In this document: positions 15,983-26,498 of the stretch, one piece after another
Layout of the letters: every line of letters begins with the position of its first letter
Position numbering within the stretch: position 1 is the first letter of the stretch
Source: Gammaproteobacteria bacterium
Lineage (GTDB): Bacteria > Pseudomonadota > Gammaproteobacteria > Pseudomonadales > Pseudohongiellaceae
Direction: 5' to 3'
DNA: 64,000 nt
Assembly: GCA_963854625.1 (NCBI GenBank)
Contig: CAWKZY010000005.1
Location: forward strand, 10,028-74,027
Notes under the pieces: generated by a model
Database searches by the model: none
Told to the model about the DNA's origin: nothing
What the model saw: only the letters and a program-made list of their open reading frames with translations
Program-made: the position numbers and the translations under genes

Positions 15983-16465
15983 ATGGAAACTCTACACTAC
16001 GCCGACTTACCTCGCGCCAAGCTAATGCGTCGGCTTGCGGCATTGCTTTATGATGGCTTTTTGGTTTTCGCAATATGGATGTTAATTGGATTTATTTTGC
16101 AATTAGTAGTGGGGCCTGACACCAACGAACTAGTCGACGGTGTTGTCAAGACTGACCCTGTTACCAGCGCTCTCCTTTTCACACTGATGGTGATTAGCGC
16201 CTCAGGTTTTTACTTGTGGTTTTGGCAAAAAAATGGTCAGACTCTTGGGATGATGTCATGGCGTCTAAAGCTCGTGACAACAGACAATCAGTTAGTGGAT
16301 TTGAAATATGGGCTGGTGAGATATTTCTTGGCTTGGCCATCATTCTTTTGCGCTGGTATCGGTTACTTTTGGCTTTACCTAGACAACGAAGGTGATGCCC
16401 TACATGACAAACTTTCGCACACCAAGGTTGTTGTTGTGCCCAAATCTCACCGGCCTTTAAAATAG
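15983..16465 (+). CDS. RDD-family membrane protein
   Basis: 160 aa. RRLAALLYDGFLVFAIWM (RDD-like N-terminus) and three hydrophobic segments. Confidence 0.7.
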   Translation: METLHYADLPRAKLMRRLAALLYDGFLVFAIWMLIGFILQLVVGPDTNELVDGVVKTDPVTSALLFTLMVISASGFYLWFWQKNGQTLGMMSWRLKLVTTDNQLVDLKYGLVRYFLAWPSFFCAGIGYFWLYLDNEGDALHDKLSHTKVVVVPKSHRPLK

Positions 16466-16536
16466 AACCTCACTGGCCGTTGAACGGGAGCCTCAGCCTA
16501 TCTGGTTAGCGTCATGCTAAGTGCCGCACTAATCAA

Positions 16537-16953
16537 CTACTTCAAAATCGGCTTTAAAAAGCTCCTTTCAAATCTCAGTATGCATCCGCTTTCGTCCGCA
16601 TAAGCGAACGCCGCTTTACATTTTTCATCTTTGAAAGACTTTTTCCGATAGACCTCATAATCAGCAAGACTAGCAAAACTAAAAAGTGCTAGCGCGATAT
16701 CATTCGCTCCTTCCGACGGCAAAAAATATCCATGATGCTGGCCCCCAAATTGCTCAACTAAAGGAATCCAAAGCTTGGCATATGTCTCAAATTCCTTTGT
16801 TTTCTTTGGGTCTATTGTATATTTCAGGTAACAGGTGATCACAATTTTATCCTGAGAACTAGCTTCGCTTGACTCATATTTAACGGTAGGCACGCCGCCC
16901 ATGGAGTTTACTTGCGCTAACAAAGCATTGTTAGTTAGGCGTATTTTCAACAA
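16537..16953 (-). CDS. NIPSNAP-family protein
   Basis: An alpha+beta domain of about 100 aa with the NIPSNAP-like pattern (…YLKYTIDP…F..Y…W.PLVEQFGGQHHGYF…ALFSFASLADYEVYRKK). The start is uncertain: TTG at 16953 or ATG at 16902. Confidence 0.5.
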   Translation of the reverse strand: MLKIRLTNNALLAQVNSMGGVPTVKYESSEASSQDKIVITCYLKYTIDPKKTKEFETYAKLWIPLVEQFGGQHHGYFLPSEGANDIALALFSFASLADYEVYRKKSFKDEKCKAAFAYADESGCILRFERSFLKPILK

Positions 16954-16973
16954 CTGAGACTATAATACCGATG

Positions 16974-18050
16974 TCAACGCACGCGCCGAATAAGAACAAT
17001 GCCAAGTATCCCACACAGCAAGATCGGAAAAAGCACTGCAAGCAATGGATTGAGACCGTATATCAAACTTGCAGGCTCCATCATTCGTTGAACAATAGTG
17101 AACACTAAGCCGATAGACAACGATATAAAGACTCGAAATCCCGTAGTCGATTCTCGTAATGGCCCAAACACGAACGAGATGGCTAACACCACCAGCGCCA
17201 ACGTCGCGATAGGCTGAGTGAGCTTTTTCCAAAAGGCTAAATTATATGTGGCACTATCAAGCCCTTCGGATTCGAAATATTTTGCTAGTCGATAAAGCCC
17301 GGTTATGGATTGCTCGTCAGGCTCAACCAACAAAACACTGAGTAATTCGGGAGTGAGGTCCACGACCCAGTCTTCTTGTATATAATGATTGCTGGAAATA
17401 GTTCGGCCTCCCAAAACCGACTCGTCTATATTCTCAAGAAGCCAGTAATTACCGCTGCTTGATTCTATATATTGCGCGGTTTCAGCAAAACTCGCCGAAA
17501 TCATGCGGCGATCCTCACTTACAGTATACCGGGTAACCCCAAACAGGCGAGCGCCGCTAGGGGCGATAGCATTAATGTGAATAAAGTCGTTTCCTATTCG
17601 CTGCCAGTTACCCTGTTCTGAGCCTATGGATGCATTGGCACTTTGTTGCACCGCACGATTACTTTTCGCGGTTTGCTCTAAAGGCGGTGAAACATATTCG
17701 CCAATCAGCAAGCTCAACCCCATGACAAGGAGTGTTGGTTTGAGCACTGCGAGAATTATTCGGCCGGTTCTAATTCCAGCTGCCTGCATCACTACCAACT
17801 CATTATTTGATGCAAGAATACCCAAACCGATCAACGCACCTCCCAGAGCTGTGAAAGGTAACATTTCATACAAACTGGTGGGGGTTGTAAGCAGCACATA
17901 GCTTATGGCATTGAGCAGACTATAATTTTCATCGGTGTTGGCTATCTGATCAAGCAGACTAAAAATTAGATCCAGTGTCCCCATCAGCCCAATAACCACC
18001 GCCATGGAAAGGAGCACTGTCCGGCTTATATGTTGGTCAAGGATTTTCAT
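16974..18050 (-). CDS. lptG: LPS export ABC transporter permease LptG
   Basis: The MKILDQHISRTVLL… start at 18050 overlaps the lptF stop (ATGA). YjgP/YjgQ-type topology. Canonical position after lptF and divergent from pepA. Confidence 0.85.
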   Translation of the reverse strand: MKILDQHISRTVLLSMAVVIGLMGTLDLIFSLLDQIANTDENYSLLNAISYVLLTTPTSLYEMLPFTALGGALIGLGILASNNELVVMQAAGIRTGRIILAVLKPTLLVMGLSLLIGEYVSPPLEQTAKSNRAVQQSANASIGSEQGNWQRIGNDFIHINAIAPSGARLFGVTRYTVSEDRRMISASFAETAQYIESSSGNYWLLENIDESVLGGRTISSNHYIQEDWVVDLTPELLSVLLVEPDEQSITGLYRLAKYFESEGLDSATYNLAFWKKLTQPIATLALVVLAISFVFGPLRESTTGFRVFISLSIGLVFTIVQRMMEPASLIYGLNPLLAVLFPILLCGILGIVLIRRVR

Positions 18051-19159
18051 GAAGTAGCCTTTTTCAACAACAGCAACAAGCCATGGGGCTGATAAATGAT
18101 GACTCCTAGCATGATAAACAGAGTATGCACCCACCATAAGCCAAGCATTGGATTGATCTCCCCCTCAGCCACACCATCACGAGAGAATTGCAAAAGGAAA
18201 AAATAAAGCGCGTAAATCAGCGCCGCAGGGATTAGCTTGCTATAGCGCCCCGCCCGCGGATTCACTTTAGACATTGGTACTGCGATCAGCGTTATAATCG
18301 GAATAAGCAAAATGATCGAGAACCGCCACTGCAATTCGGCCTGCCGTTCCAGTGAACTAGAGCCGAACAGCTCCGTTGTTCTTAAGGCGGCCTCCTCAAC
18401 GAATTCTTCAAACTCGGCCGCATCGGGCAGCAAAATTGATTGGACATCAAACTGACCAACCGAAAAGTCTTTCTGACCGGGGCGCCCTTCGTATTGCAAC
18501 ACATTTTCCAAGCGCATAAAACGCGCTCCGGAATCTGGATCTATCTCTGGAATCGCTGATTCAGCGATCACTATTCTGGGAGCCATGCTGGTACCAGGCC
18601 CGGTATCTGCGGAGCCTCCAGCTGCGACAAAAACCCTCTCCAAACGCCTACCTTCGTCTCTCGCCGACAAGCGCTCCGCATAGGTAACACGCTTACCGTC
18701 TGCAAAAGACTGGAACTGACCCGCGACAATAAGGTCGATTTCGGTCAATTGCGCCTGATTCAGCTTTAACAGCTCAGTATTACGAACCCCCCAAGGCGCC
18801 AGTGACAAACTGACAAAAGACATGACTACAAACACCAACAGAGTAGCCCCTTGAGTCAGCGCTAAAAGCCTTAGCTGACTCATCCCTGAGCCAAGTAAAA
18901 CGACCATTTCATTGTCCGCATACATGCGGCCATAGGCCAACAGAATCCCTAAAAAGAGGGCCAAAGGCACGATAACTAAAAGAAAGTCTGGCAAGCGGTA
19001 AAGCATTAGAAGAAGCAGAACATCAGACGCCAACTCCCCGGCAACCGCCTGACCCAGATACTGAATAAAACGGCTGGTGAGAGCCACCACCATAAGAATT
19101 AGTGAGACCGCAACCATTATTTGCAGAATTTGTTTACTAAGATAGCGAAAAATTATCAC
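18047..19159 (-). CDS. lptF: LPS export ABC transporter permease LptF
   Basis: 370 aa. MIIFRYLSKQILQ… is the typical LptF N-terminus. Sits in the lptF-lptG / pepA-holC-valS synteny. Confidence 0.85.
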   Translation of the reverse strand: MIIFRYLSKQILQIMVAVSLILMVVALTSRFIQYLGQAVAGELASDVLLLLMLYRLPDFLLVIVPLALFLGILLAYGRMYADNEMVVLLGSGMSQLRLLALTQGATLLVFVVMSFVSLSLAPWGVRNTELLKLNQAQLTEIDLIVAGQFQSFADGKRVTYAERLSARDEGRRLERVFVAAGGSADTGPGTSMAPRIVIAESAIPEIDPDSGARFMRLENVLQYEGRPGQKDFSVGQFDVQSILLPDAAEFEEFVEEAALRTTELFGSSSLERQAELQWRFSIILLIPIITLIAVPMSKVNPRAGRYSKLIPAALIYALYFFLLQFSRDGVAEGEINPMLGLWWVHTLFIMLGVIIYQPHGLLLLLKKATS

Positions 19160-19328
19160 GCCTGAAGTTCACCCTTTTGTTGCCGCACCCCAAATACAAA
19201 GACAAAGCTTTGTAGGTGATACGAAACTTGAGCTGCAGTGTACTAGAAGCGAGAAGCAGAATCAGCCAATGCTGGAGGTTGTGCCGTAGATTGCGCTTTT
19301 CAGCTAAACCAATCCAAACTAGGCTTAG

Positions 19329-19772
19329 CTAAGCAACCTTAGCGTCGCCATGACCGAGCATAGACTTAAAAAGTGCCGGAATCTGGCTTATCTGATGACG
19401 ATCGAAATCAAAAAGGACGATGCCGAATTTAGCCCTGCACACAACAGACTCCAACGCACTATTGGAAACCTGCAAACCGATATCAAAGCCATAGCGATTA
19501 AAATCACTCACACCAACATCGATGATTAGCTTATCGTCCGCGAACGATTCAGATCGGTAATCAATTGCCAGATCAGTTACCACCATACCCAAGCCATAAA
19601 TATTGCCTTCGGTGAAACCTAAGCTAGCTAGAAGCTGAAGCCTTGCCTCGTGAAGTATATTCACCATCGCCACACTGTCTAAGTGCTTTGCGTAGTTAAC
19701 ATCGCTTATACCAACGGTGCGCTCCATACTAAAAAGGAACTGTGGCGGGGACTCGACTTTTACTCTAGGCAT
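19329..19772 (-). CDS. Hotdog-fold acyl-CoA thioesterase (4HBT/YbgC-like)
   Basis: ORF 19329..19835; likely start MPRVKV at 19772. Its length of about 147 aa and the pattern V.ISDVNYAKHL…IDYRSE fit 4HBT-type thioesterases. Confidence 0.55.
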   Translation of the reverse strand: MPRVKVESPPQFLFSMERTVGISDVNYAKHLDSVAMVNILHEARLQLLASLGFTEGNIYGLGMVVTDLAIDYRSESFADDKLIIDVGVSDFNRYGFDIGLQVSNSALESVVCRAKFGIVLFDFDRHQISQIPALFKSMLGHGDAKVA

Positions 19773-20043
19773 GACGTCTCCAAAACAAAGCTTTAAATAT
19801 TTATTTTGAGACAGCAACGGTCTCATTTGGTTCAAATACGAATGACTTTAAAATCTTTAACGCACGCTCATTCTGAAGCAATCTCTCTGAAAAATGAATA
19901 GCCAAATAGGAAAACCTAACTCATATTTAGTATCTATTGCTTAAGCTATTGAATAACTTTAGGATTGTCATCCTCTTCAATTTACATTCTAAATCGACGC
20001 AGCCATATACATGCGATCGAGATCAAAGGAGTTATCGAATCTG

Positions 20044-21531
20044 ATGAAGTATTCAATCAAAGCTGGGGTCGCCGACAAGATCAATACAGAGTGCGAGATC
20101 GTATTCGTTTGGGCTAAGGGCATTCTGTCAGATGAAGCTAGGCTGCTGGACGCCGCTGCAAATAAGGTAATCAGCAAAGTCATCAAGACCGGAGATTTCA
20201 ACGGCAACCTTGCCGAAACCACTCTTCTCCACCAGCCTCAAGGACTAAGCGCCAAGCGCGTTCTATTAATAGGTGCGGGACTGAAAACAAAATTCAATGG
20301 CAAAAACGCAATCAAAGCGATTCGAGCAGCCTACCAGGTTACTCAAAGTTTACCGGCAACTAGCTTGCACTTCGCCATTGCCAGCGTGACCGTGACCGAT
20401 AGAGACAGCAGCTGGCTCACCGCCAGAGTGGCCGAAGAAGGAGAAAGCAGCTACTACCGATACACAGCAACAAAAAGCAAAAATGCCAAAGCCCCAACCA
20501 CAAAAACAGTCTCCATCTCACCAATTAATGGAGGCCAGAGAAAATCATTAGATAGCGCCTTAAAGCGTGGCTTTGCGCTCGGCAAAGCGATCAATGTAGC
20601 CAAAGAACTAGGTAATTTGCCAGGCAATGTATGCACCCCTAGCTATCTGGCCGAACAAGCCAAACAGTTAGGGGCTAAGAATAAAAGCATCACCACACAA
20701 ATTCTGGGTGAGAAACAAATGCAACGATTGGGCATGGGGTCACTGCTGTCGGTATCAGCAGGGTCCGCAGAAGAAGCTAAACTCATCGTTATGCAGTATA
20801 AAGGCGCAAAAGCGGACAGTCGTCCCTATGCCATCGTAGGCAAAGGCGTCACCTTTGATACCGGCGGAATAAGCCTAAAAGGTGGCAACGGCATGGATGA
20901 GATGAAATACGATATGTGTGGCGCTGCAAGCGTAATAGCAACCATGGGATGTGTTGCCGAACTCAAATTACCAATTAACATCGTTGGTATTGTCGGTGCT
21001 GTTGAAAACATGCCCGGCAGCAAAGCCACAAAGCCTGGAGACATAGTCACCAGCATGTCCGGATTGACCATCGAAATACTCAATACCGATGCTGAGGGAC
21101 GGCTAGTGCTTTGCGATGCACTCACTTATACAGAGCGATTCAATCCTCGGAGTGTTATCGACATTGCTACGTTGACTGGCGCCGCCGTGGCCACTTTCGG
21201 CTCTCATGTCACCGCACTGCTTAGCAACAATGATGACCTTGCCAGCGAGATAATCGGATACGGCACGGACTGCGCTGATCCTGCTTGGCAGTTGCCAATG
21301 TGGGACGAGTATCAGAGTCTGTTAAACAGTAATTTTGCGGACATTGCCAATATTGGCGGACCTCGCGCTGGCACCATAACGGCAGCCTGTTTTCTGTCCC
21401 GCTTCACTAAAAAATTCAATTGGGCCCATTTAGACATCGCTGGTAGTGCTTGGGTTTCAGGAGCAAAAAAAGGGGCTACAGGCAGGCCAGTGCCGCTGCT
21501 TGTTGAATACCTCAGCAATCAAAAAGCCTAA
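20044..21531 (+). CDS. pepA: Leucyl aminopeptidase (M17)
   Basis: VGKGVTFDTGGISLK and NTDAEGRLVLCDALTY are M17 signatures. Likely start MKYSIK at 20044. Confidence 0.9.
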   Translation: MKYSIKAGVADKINTECEIVFVWAKGILSDEARLLDAAANKVISKVIKTGDFNGNLAETTLLHQPQGLSAKRVLLIGAGLKTKFNGKNAIKAIRAAYQVTQSLPATSLHFAIASVTVTDRDSSWLTARVAEEGESSYYRYTATKSKNAKAPTTKTVSISPINGGQRKSLDSALKRGFALGKAINVAKELGNLPGNVCTPSYLAEQAKQLGAKNKSITTQILGEKQMQRLGMGSLLSVSAGSAEEAKLIVMQYKGAKADSRPYAIVGKGVTFDTGGISLKGGNGMDEMKYDMCGAASVIATMGCVAELKLPINIVGIVGAVENMPGSKATKPGDIVTSMSGLTIEILNTDAEGRLVLCDALTYTERFNPRSVIDIATLTGAAVATFGSHVTALLSNNDDLASEIIGYGTDCADPAWQLPMWDEYQSLLNSNFADIANIGGPRAGTITAACFLSRFTKKFNWAHLDIAGSAWVSGAKKGATGRPVPLLVEYLSNQKA

Positions 21532-21543
21532 AGCGCTAATCTG

Positions 21544-21978
21544 ATGGCTAATGTTCACTTTTATACGTTGAGTTCCCAGCGCTACGAAAGCGCTGGCGAC
21601 GTTCTGAATGTGGTGTGCCGACTGACCGAGAAAGCAGTCGGTCATCAGCATGAAGTCTATATTCATACCTCCTCGCCAACCCAGTCACAGCAACTAGATG
21701 ACTTGCTATGGCAGTTTCGTAATTCGTCGTTTGTGCCTCATAGCCAAATGGCTGACTCTGGCAGTCACCATGACCAAGTCATATTAGGCGACTCACCTCC
21801 CCCCAAAAGCTTTAGTGGCATGCTCATTAACTTATCCAGCGCTCCGGTATCCTCGGTGGCTCAGTTCAGCCGTGTTAATGAATTTGTAGGCCCCGATGAA
21901 GCAAGCCTGATTACCGGTCGAGAACGCTACCGTCACTATAAAGCTCAAGGCATTGAGATTGTCACCAACAAAATCTAG
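21544..21978 (+). CDS. holC: DNA polymerase III chi subunit
   Basis: 144 aa. MANVHFYTL… N-terminus. Conserved pepA-holC-valS order. Confidence 0.8.
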   Translation: MANVHFYTLSSQRYESAGDVLNVVCRLTEKAVGHQHEVYIHTSSPTQSQQLDDLLWQFRNSSFVPHSQMADSGSHHDQVILGDSPPPKSFSGMLINLSSAPVSSVAQFSRVNEFVGPDEASLITGRERYRHYKAQGIEIVTNKI

Positions 21979-22121
21979 AAGAACCCTTCGTTAATCAATC
22001 CCCGCAGTGTACTGCTAACTTTAAAATCAATGCGCCTTGAGCTGCTGAAGTCCGGTAAAACCGCGTTTCATCATGTATAATCACGCCTTCAATTTAGACA
22101 GCCGAGCCAAGCCGCAACATT

Positions 22122-24893
22122 ATGGAAAAGACATACCAACCACAGCAGCTAGAAAACCATTGGTACAAGACCTGGGAAGAAAGAGGATATTTCGAACCTC
22201 AAGGTGACGGCGATCCTTATTGCATCGTAATTCCACCTCCCAACGTCACTGGCCGTCTGCACATGGGCCACGGCTTTCAAAATGCCATCATGGATGCGTT
22301 GATTCGCTACCATCGCATGCTCGGCAGACAGACTCTCTGGCAGGTAGGTACCGACCATGCCGGCATAGCCACTCAAATGGTTGTAGAGCGCAAACTTAAT
22401 GCTGCTGGCACAAACCGTGAAGAAATAGGCCGAGAGGCTTTTCTTGACAAAGTCTGGGACTGGAAAGAAGAATCAGGCGGAATTATAACGCAACAGATTA
22501 GACGTCTGGGGTCATCGATAGATTGGTCTCGCGAACGCTTCACAATGGACGACCAGATGTCTGCTGTGGTGGAAAAAGCTTTTATCCAACTTTATGATGA
22601 AGGACTTATTTACCGTGGCAATCGACTGGTAAATTGGGACCCCAAGCTACTGACTGCAATTTCCGACCTGGAAGTCGTGGCCGAAGAAGAAAACGGCTTC
22701 ATGTGGCATTTTCGTTATCCTATTGAAGGCAGTGACGACTGCGTTGTCATAGCAACAACCCGCCCAGAAACACTTTTAGGCGACTCCGCCATTGCCGTGC
22801 ACCCAGAAGACGAGCGCTATAGCGCCTTAGTTGGCAAAATGGTCAACCTCCCCCTGTGTGACAGAAAAATTCCGATCATTGCAGATGAATATGTCGACCC
22901 TGCTTTTGGAACTGGCTGTGTGAAAATCACTCCAGCCCATGATTTCAATGACTATGAAGTTGGCAAACGCCACGACCTTCCTGTCATCAATATTTTCACA
23001 AAAAATGCCAGCATCAATGATGAAGCCCCCGCGGATTACCGCGGATTAGACCGGTTCGAAGCTAGAAAGAAAATCGTGGCGGATCTAGAAGCCCTCGAGC
23101 TCGTTGAAAAAATTGAGCCTCACACCCTTAAAGTGCCGCGCGGGGACCGCAGTGGTGCTGTTATCGAGCCGTACCTTACACACCAATGGTATGTTGCCAT
23201 TCAGTCTCTTGCCGACCCTGCCATTAAAGCTGTCGAGAATGGCGACATTGAATTCGTACCAAAAAATTGGGAAAACACCTACTTTGCCTGGATGCGCAAC
23301 ATTCAAGACTGGTGTATTAGTCGTCAACTTTGGTGGGGACATAGAATTCCTGCATGGTACGACGACGAAGGCAAAATCTACGTAGCCCCAACACAAAGCG
23401 AAGCTCGGGTGAAATACGGTTTGGCTGACGATTTAAATCTTCAACAAGACCCAGACGTATTAGACACTTGGTTTTCCTCAGGCCTTTGGACCTTCTCAAC
23501 GTTAGGCTGGCCAGATGACCGTGAGTTTTTTGATAAGTTTCACCCTACCGACGTCCTCGTTACCGGTTTTGACATCATTTTCTTTTGGGTTGCTCGAATG
23601 ATTATGATGACCTTAAAATTTACCGGTGAAATACCATTCAAAAAAGTCTATATCACTGGCTTGGTCCGCGATGAGCAAGGCCAGAAAATGTCTAAGTCCA
23701 AGGGCAATATACTTGACCCTATCGATTTAATTGACGGCATCGAACTTGAAGAGCTGGTTAAAAAACGTACCGCTGACATGATGCAGCCCCAGCTAAAGCA
23801 AAAAATTGATAAAGCGACGCGCGAGGCTTTCCCAGATGGCATCGCAGGTTATGGCACCGACGCACTTCGCTTTACCTTTTATTCATTAGCCACCACAGGT
23901 CGGGACATTAAATTCGATTTAGGCCGCACCGAAGGCTTCAGAAATTTTTGCAATAAAATTTGGAATGCCGCTCGCTATGTATTAATGAATACAGAAGAAA
24001 AAGACGTCGCAAGCAGCCTTGATAGCGCGAAGCTGTCGGTTGCCGATCGCTGGATCATTAGCCGTTTTGACAAAGCTAACGTAGCCGTGCAGGCAGCAAT
24101 GAATGACTTTCGATTTGACCTTGCCTCTCAGACTCTTCACGAATTTATTTGGAATGAATACTGTGACTGGACTGTAGAGCTTTCCAAGCCTGTGCTCTGG
24201 GACGAAGACGCAAACCCGGAAAGTGCAAAGATTACCCGTTTAGTTTTACTATCCATATTGGAAAAGAGCCTGCGCCTTTTGCACCCATTTATGCCATTTA
24301 TTACCGAAGAAATTTGGCAGAAAATAGCTCCGCTCACAGGTCAGGCTCACAGCAGCGAAGCGAGTATTATGCTAGCGCCGTACCCTGAGCTTAATGAAAT
24401 CAAAGACGAAGAAGCAGAGCAACATGTTGAGTGGATAAAAGGTGTAATCATCGCCATCAGGAATATTCGAGGCGAGATGAATATCTCACCTGCGAAGAAT
24501 ATCAACGTCTTTTTAGCAAGCCAATCTGAAGCTGACCAACTGAGACTGGAAAGTTATCGCCCTTATCTCGAAAAGCTAGCCAAACTCGAAAGCATTAATT
24601 GGCTTGACGATAAAGCCAACGCGCCTAAAGCGGCAACCGGCATTTATAAAGATTTAGAGATATTAGTGCCGCTAGCTGGCCTTATCGATGTGGATGCCGA
24701 GCAAGCACGGTTAAGCAAAGAAATCGAAAAGCTAACAAACGGGCTTAAATCTGTGAGTGGCAAACTCAACAACGCTAAGTTTGTGGTCAACGCACCTGAT
24801 GCGGTTGTTGCTAAAGAGCGCGGGAAAGCAGAGCAGATGACCGGCACCTTAGAAGCACTGAAGGGAAAGCTGAAGGAGTTAGACGAACTCTAA
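22122..24893 (+). CDS. valS: Valine--tRNA ligase
   Basis: 923 aa. [13 protein letters not shown] (HIGH region), KMSKS, and a C-terminal coiled coil. Confidence 0.95.
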   Translation: MEKTYQPQQLENHWYKTWEERGYFEPQGDGDPYCIVIPPPNVTGRLHMGHGFQNAIMDALIRYHRMLGRQTLWQVGTDHAGIATQMVVERKLNAAGTNREEIGREAFLDKVWDWKEESGGIITQQIRRLGSSIDWSRERFTMDDQMSAVVEKAFIQLYDEGLIYRGNRLVNWDPKLLTAISDLEVVAEEENGFMWHFRYPIEGSDDCVVIATTRPETLLGDSAIAVHPEDERYSALVGKMVNLPLCDRKIPIIADEYVDPAFGTGCVKITPAHDFNDYEVGKRHDLPVINIFTKNASINDEAPADYRGLDRFEARKKIVADLEALELVEKIEPHTLKVPRGDRSGAVIEPYLTHQWYVAIQSLADPAIKAVENGDIEFVPKNWENTYFAWMRNIQDWCISRQLWWGHRIPAWYDDEGKIYVAPTQSEARVKYGLADDLNLQQDPDVLDTWFSSGLWTFSTLGWPDDREFFDKFHPTDVLVTGFDIIFFWVARMIMMTLKFTGEIPFKKVYITGLVRDEQGQKMSKSKGNILDPIDLIDGIELEELVKKRTADMMQPQLKQKIDKATREAFPDGIAGYGTDALRFTFYSLATTGRDIKFDLGRTEGFRNFCNKIWNAARYVLMNTEEKDVASSLDSAKLSVADRWIISRFDKANVAVQAAMNDFRFDLASQTLHEFIWNEYCDWTVELSKPVLWDEDANPESAKITRLVLLSILEKSLRLLHPFMPFITEEIWQKIAPLTGQAHSSEASIMLAPYPELNEIKDEEAEQHVEWIKGVIIAIRNIRGEMNISPAKNINVFLASQSEADQLRLESYRPYLEKLAKLESINWLDDKANAPKAATGIYKDLEILVPLAGLIDVDAEQARLSKEIEKLTNGLKSVSGKLNNAKFVVNAPDAVVAKERGKAEQMTGTLEALKGKLKELDEL

Positions 24894-24924
24894 AACCCAT
24901 TGCGCTAGTGAGTGGAAACTCAAC

Positions 24925-25878
24925 CTAGCGCAGTTCTTTAGGCATACTGAAGACAATATCTTCTTTTACACCACCTAACTCAGCCGCATTAACACCGGCC
25001 AAATTCTCTAGTTTAGCAATTACCTGTTGTACAAGTACCTCAGGGGCAGATGCTCCAGCAGTAACACCGAAGCGATGCTTTCCTGCCAGCCATTGCTCGT
25101 CGATATCTTGAACGCTGTCGATTAAGTAAGACTCGCAGCCTAGCCTCTCTGCAAGCTCTTTGAGTCTGTTCGAATTTGAACTATTGGGCGAACCCACCAC
25201 AAGAAGCAGATCGCATTCCAGAGCTAACTGCTTAACGGCGTCCTGTCGGTTTTGCGTGGCGTAGCAAATATCTTTTTTACGGGGGCCTTCAAGGCCAGGA
25301 AATCTTTCCCTTAAAGCATCAATCACTTTCGATGTATCATCCATCGATAGCGTAGTTTGCGTTACATAAGACAGCTTTTCTGGATTATCTACAGTCAGAT
25401 TTAACACGTCTTCCACAGATTCAACAAGGTATATCTTCCCTCCTAGGGAATCATCATACTGCCCCATAGTGCCATCTACTTCAGGGTGATTCTGATGGCC
25501 TATTAGGATGCATTCTCGCCCTCCTTGACCAAACTTAATCACTTCCAGATGAACCTTTGTGACCAAGGGACAAGTGGCATCAAACACTTGAAACCCTTTT
25601 ACGCGAGCATCATCTTTAACAGATTGAGCGACACCATGAGCACTAAACACGACAACTGAATTTCTGCCGGTACGATCAATTAAAGGAATATCGCATAGCT
25701 CTTCCACAAACACCGCGCCACGGGAACGTAGCCTCTCAACGACGAATTTATTGTGTACAACCTCATGCCGAACATAGATTGGTTCGCCAAAAATATCCAG
25801 CGCCCGATTGACGATATCAATCGCTCTATCAACTCCAGCACAAAACCCTCGCGGGTTAGCAAGCAGGATAGTTTTCAT
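24925..25878 (-). CDS. ispH: 4-hydroxy-3-methylbut-2-enyl diphosphate reductase
   Basis: [20 protein letters not shown] at the internal start 25878. Conserved Cys residues. Position downstream of fkpB. Confidence 0.9.
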   Translation of the reverse strand: MKTILLANPRGFCAGVDRAIDIVNRALDIFGEPIYVRHEVVHNKFVVERLRSRGAVFVEELCDIPLIDRTGRNSVVVFSAHGVAQSVKDDARVKGFQVFDATCPLVTKVHLEVIKFGQGGRECILIGHQNHPEVDGTMGQYDDSLGGKIYLVESVEDVLNLTVDNPEKLSYVTQTTLSMDDTSKVIDALRERFPGLEGPRKKDICYATQNRQDAVKQLALECDLLLVVGSPNSSNSNRLKELAERLGCESYLIDSVQDIDEQWLAGKHRFGVTAGASAPEVLVQQVIAKLENLAGVNAAELGGVKEDIVFSMPKELR

Positions 25879-25956
25879 TGCATTGGAAGCTTCTTCTTTG
25901 CAAGTGTCTGACATATTGACCCAAGTAGTGAGCTGAACGGTGACTTAGATATTAAC

Positions 25957-26451
25957 CTAAAGTCTTACCTGAAGGGTTTCGACGTTCGCAGGCATGACTG
26001 CTAGGATATTGGCTTTAAATACAATAGATTTTCCGGCAAGCGGGTGATTAAAATCTATAGAAATAGTATCTTTATTTATCCCGGCTACAATCCCTGGCAA
26101 GTCAAATCCGCCAGGGTCTTTAAATGAAACAACACTTCCGACTTCCGTTGGAACAAGGTCATCTTCAAATAAGTGCTGAAATCTTGCTATGGGAAAGGAT
26201 TGTTTATTTTTAGGATTTTTCTCCCCAAAAGCCTCTGCTGGAGCTAAAGTCACAGTAAGCTCATTACCGGGCTTAAGTCCGATCAAAGCCTCTTCGAACC
26301 CCGGCAGCATGCTGCCGTCGCCTAGGCGAAAGCTAGCTGCAGGTCCTTCGTAGTTACTGTCTATTGTTTCCCCGGATACAAGCGCCAAAGAAAAATGCAA
26401 GCTTACCAGCGAGCCCTCCTCAATAGTGTTTTCGATTTCTGCTTGCGTCAT
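25957..26451 (-). CDS. fkpB: FKBP-type peptidyl-prolyl cis-trans isomerase
   Basis: 164 aa. FKBP core plus insert-in-flap pattern (…LIGLKPGNELTVTLAPAEAFGE…NHPLAGK…). Lies in the ileS-fkpB-ispH context. Confidence 0.8.
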   Translation of the reverse strand: MTQAEIENTIEEGSLVSLHFSLALVSGETIDSNYEGPAASFRLGDGSMLPGFEEALIGLKPGNELTVTLAPAEAFGEKNPKNKQSFPIARFQHLFEDDLVPTEVGSVVSFKDPGGFDLPGIVAGINKDTISIDFNHPLAGKSIVFKANILAVMPANVETLQVRL

Positions 26452-26498
26452 TTTTAAACCTTGTTTTCTGTGTTCGCACTCACGACGCCTTAAATAGT

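Noticed and set aside
24902-24931. 7-bp inverted repeat GCGCTAG…CTAGCGC between valS and ispH, as a terminator
   Set aside because: It has a 16-nt loop and no U-tract, and its 3' arm overlaps the ispH stop codon. It is too weak to call.
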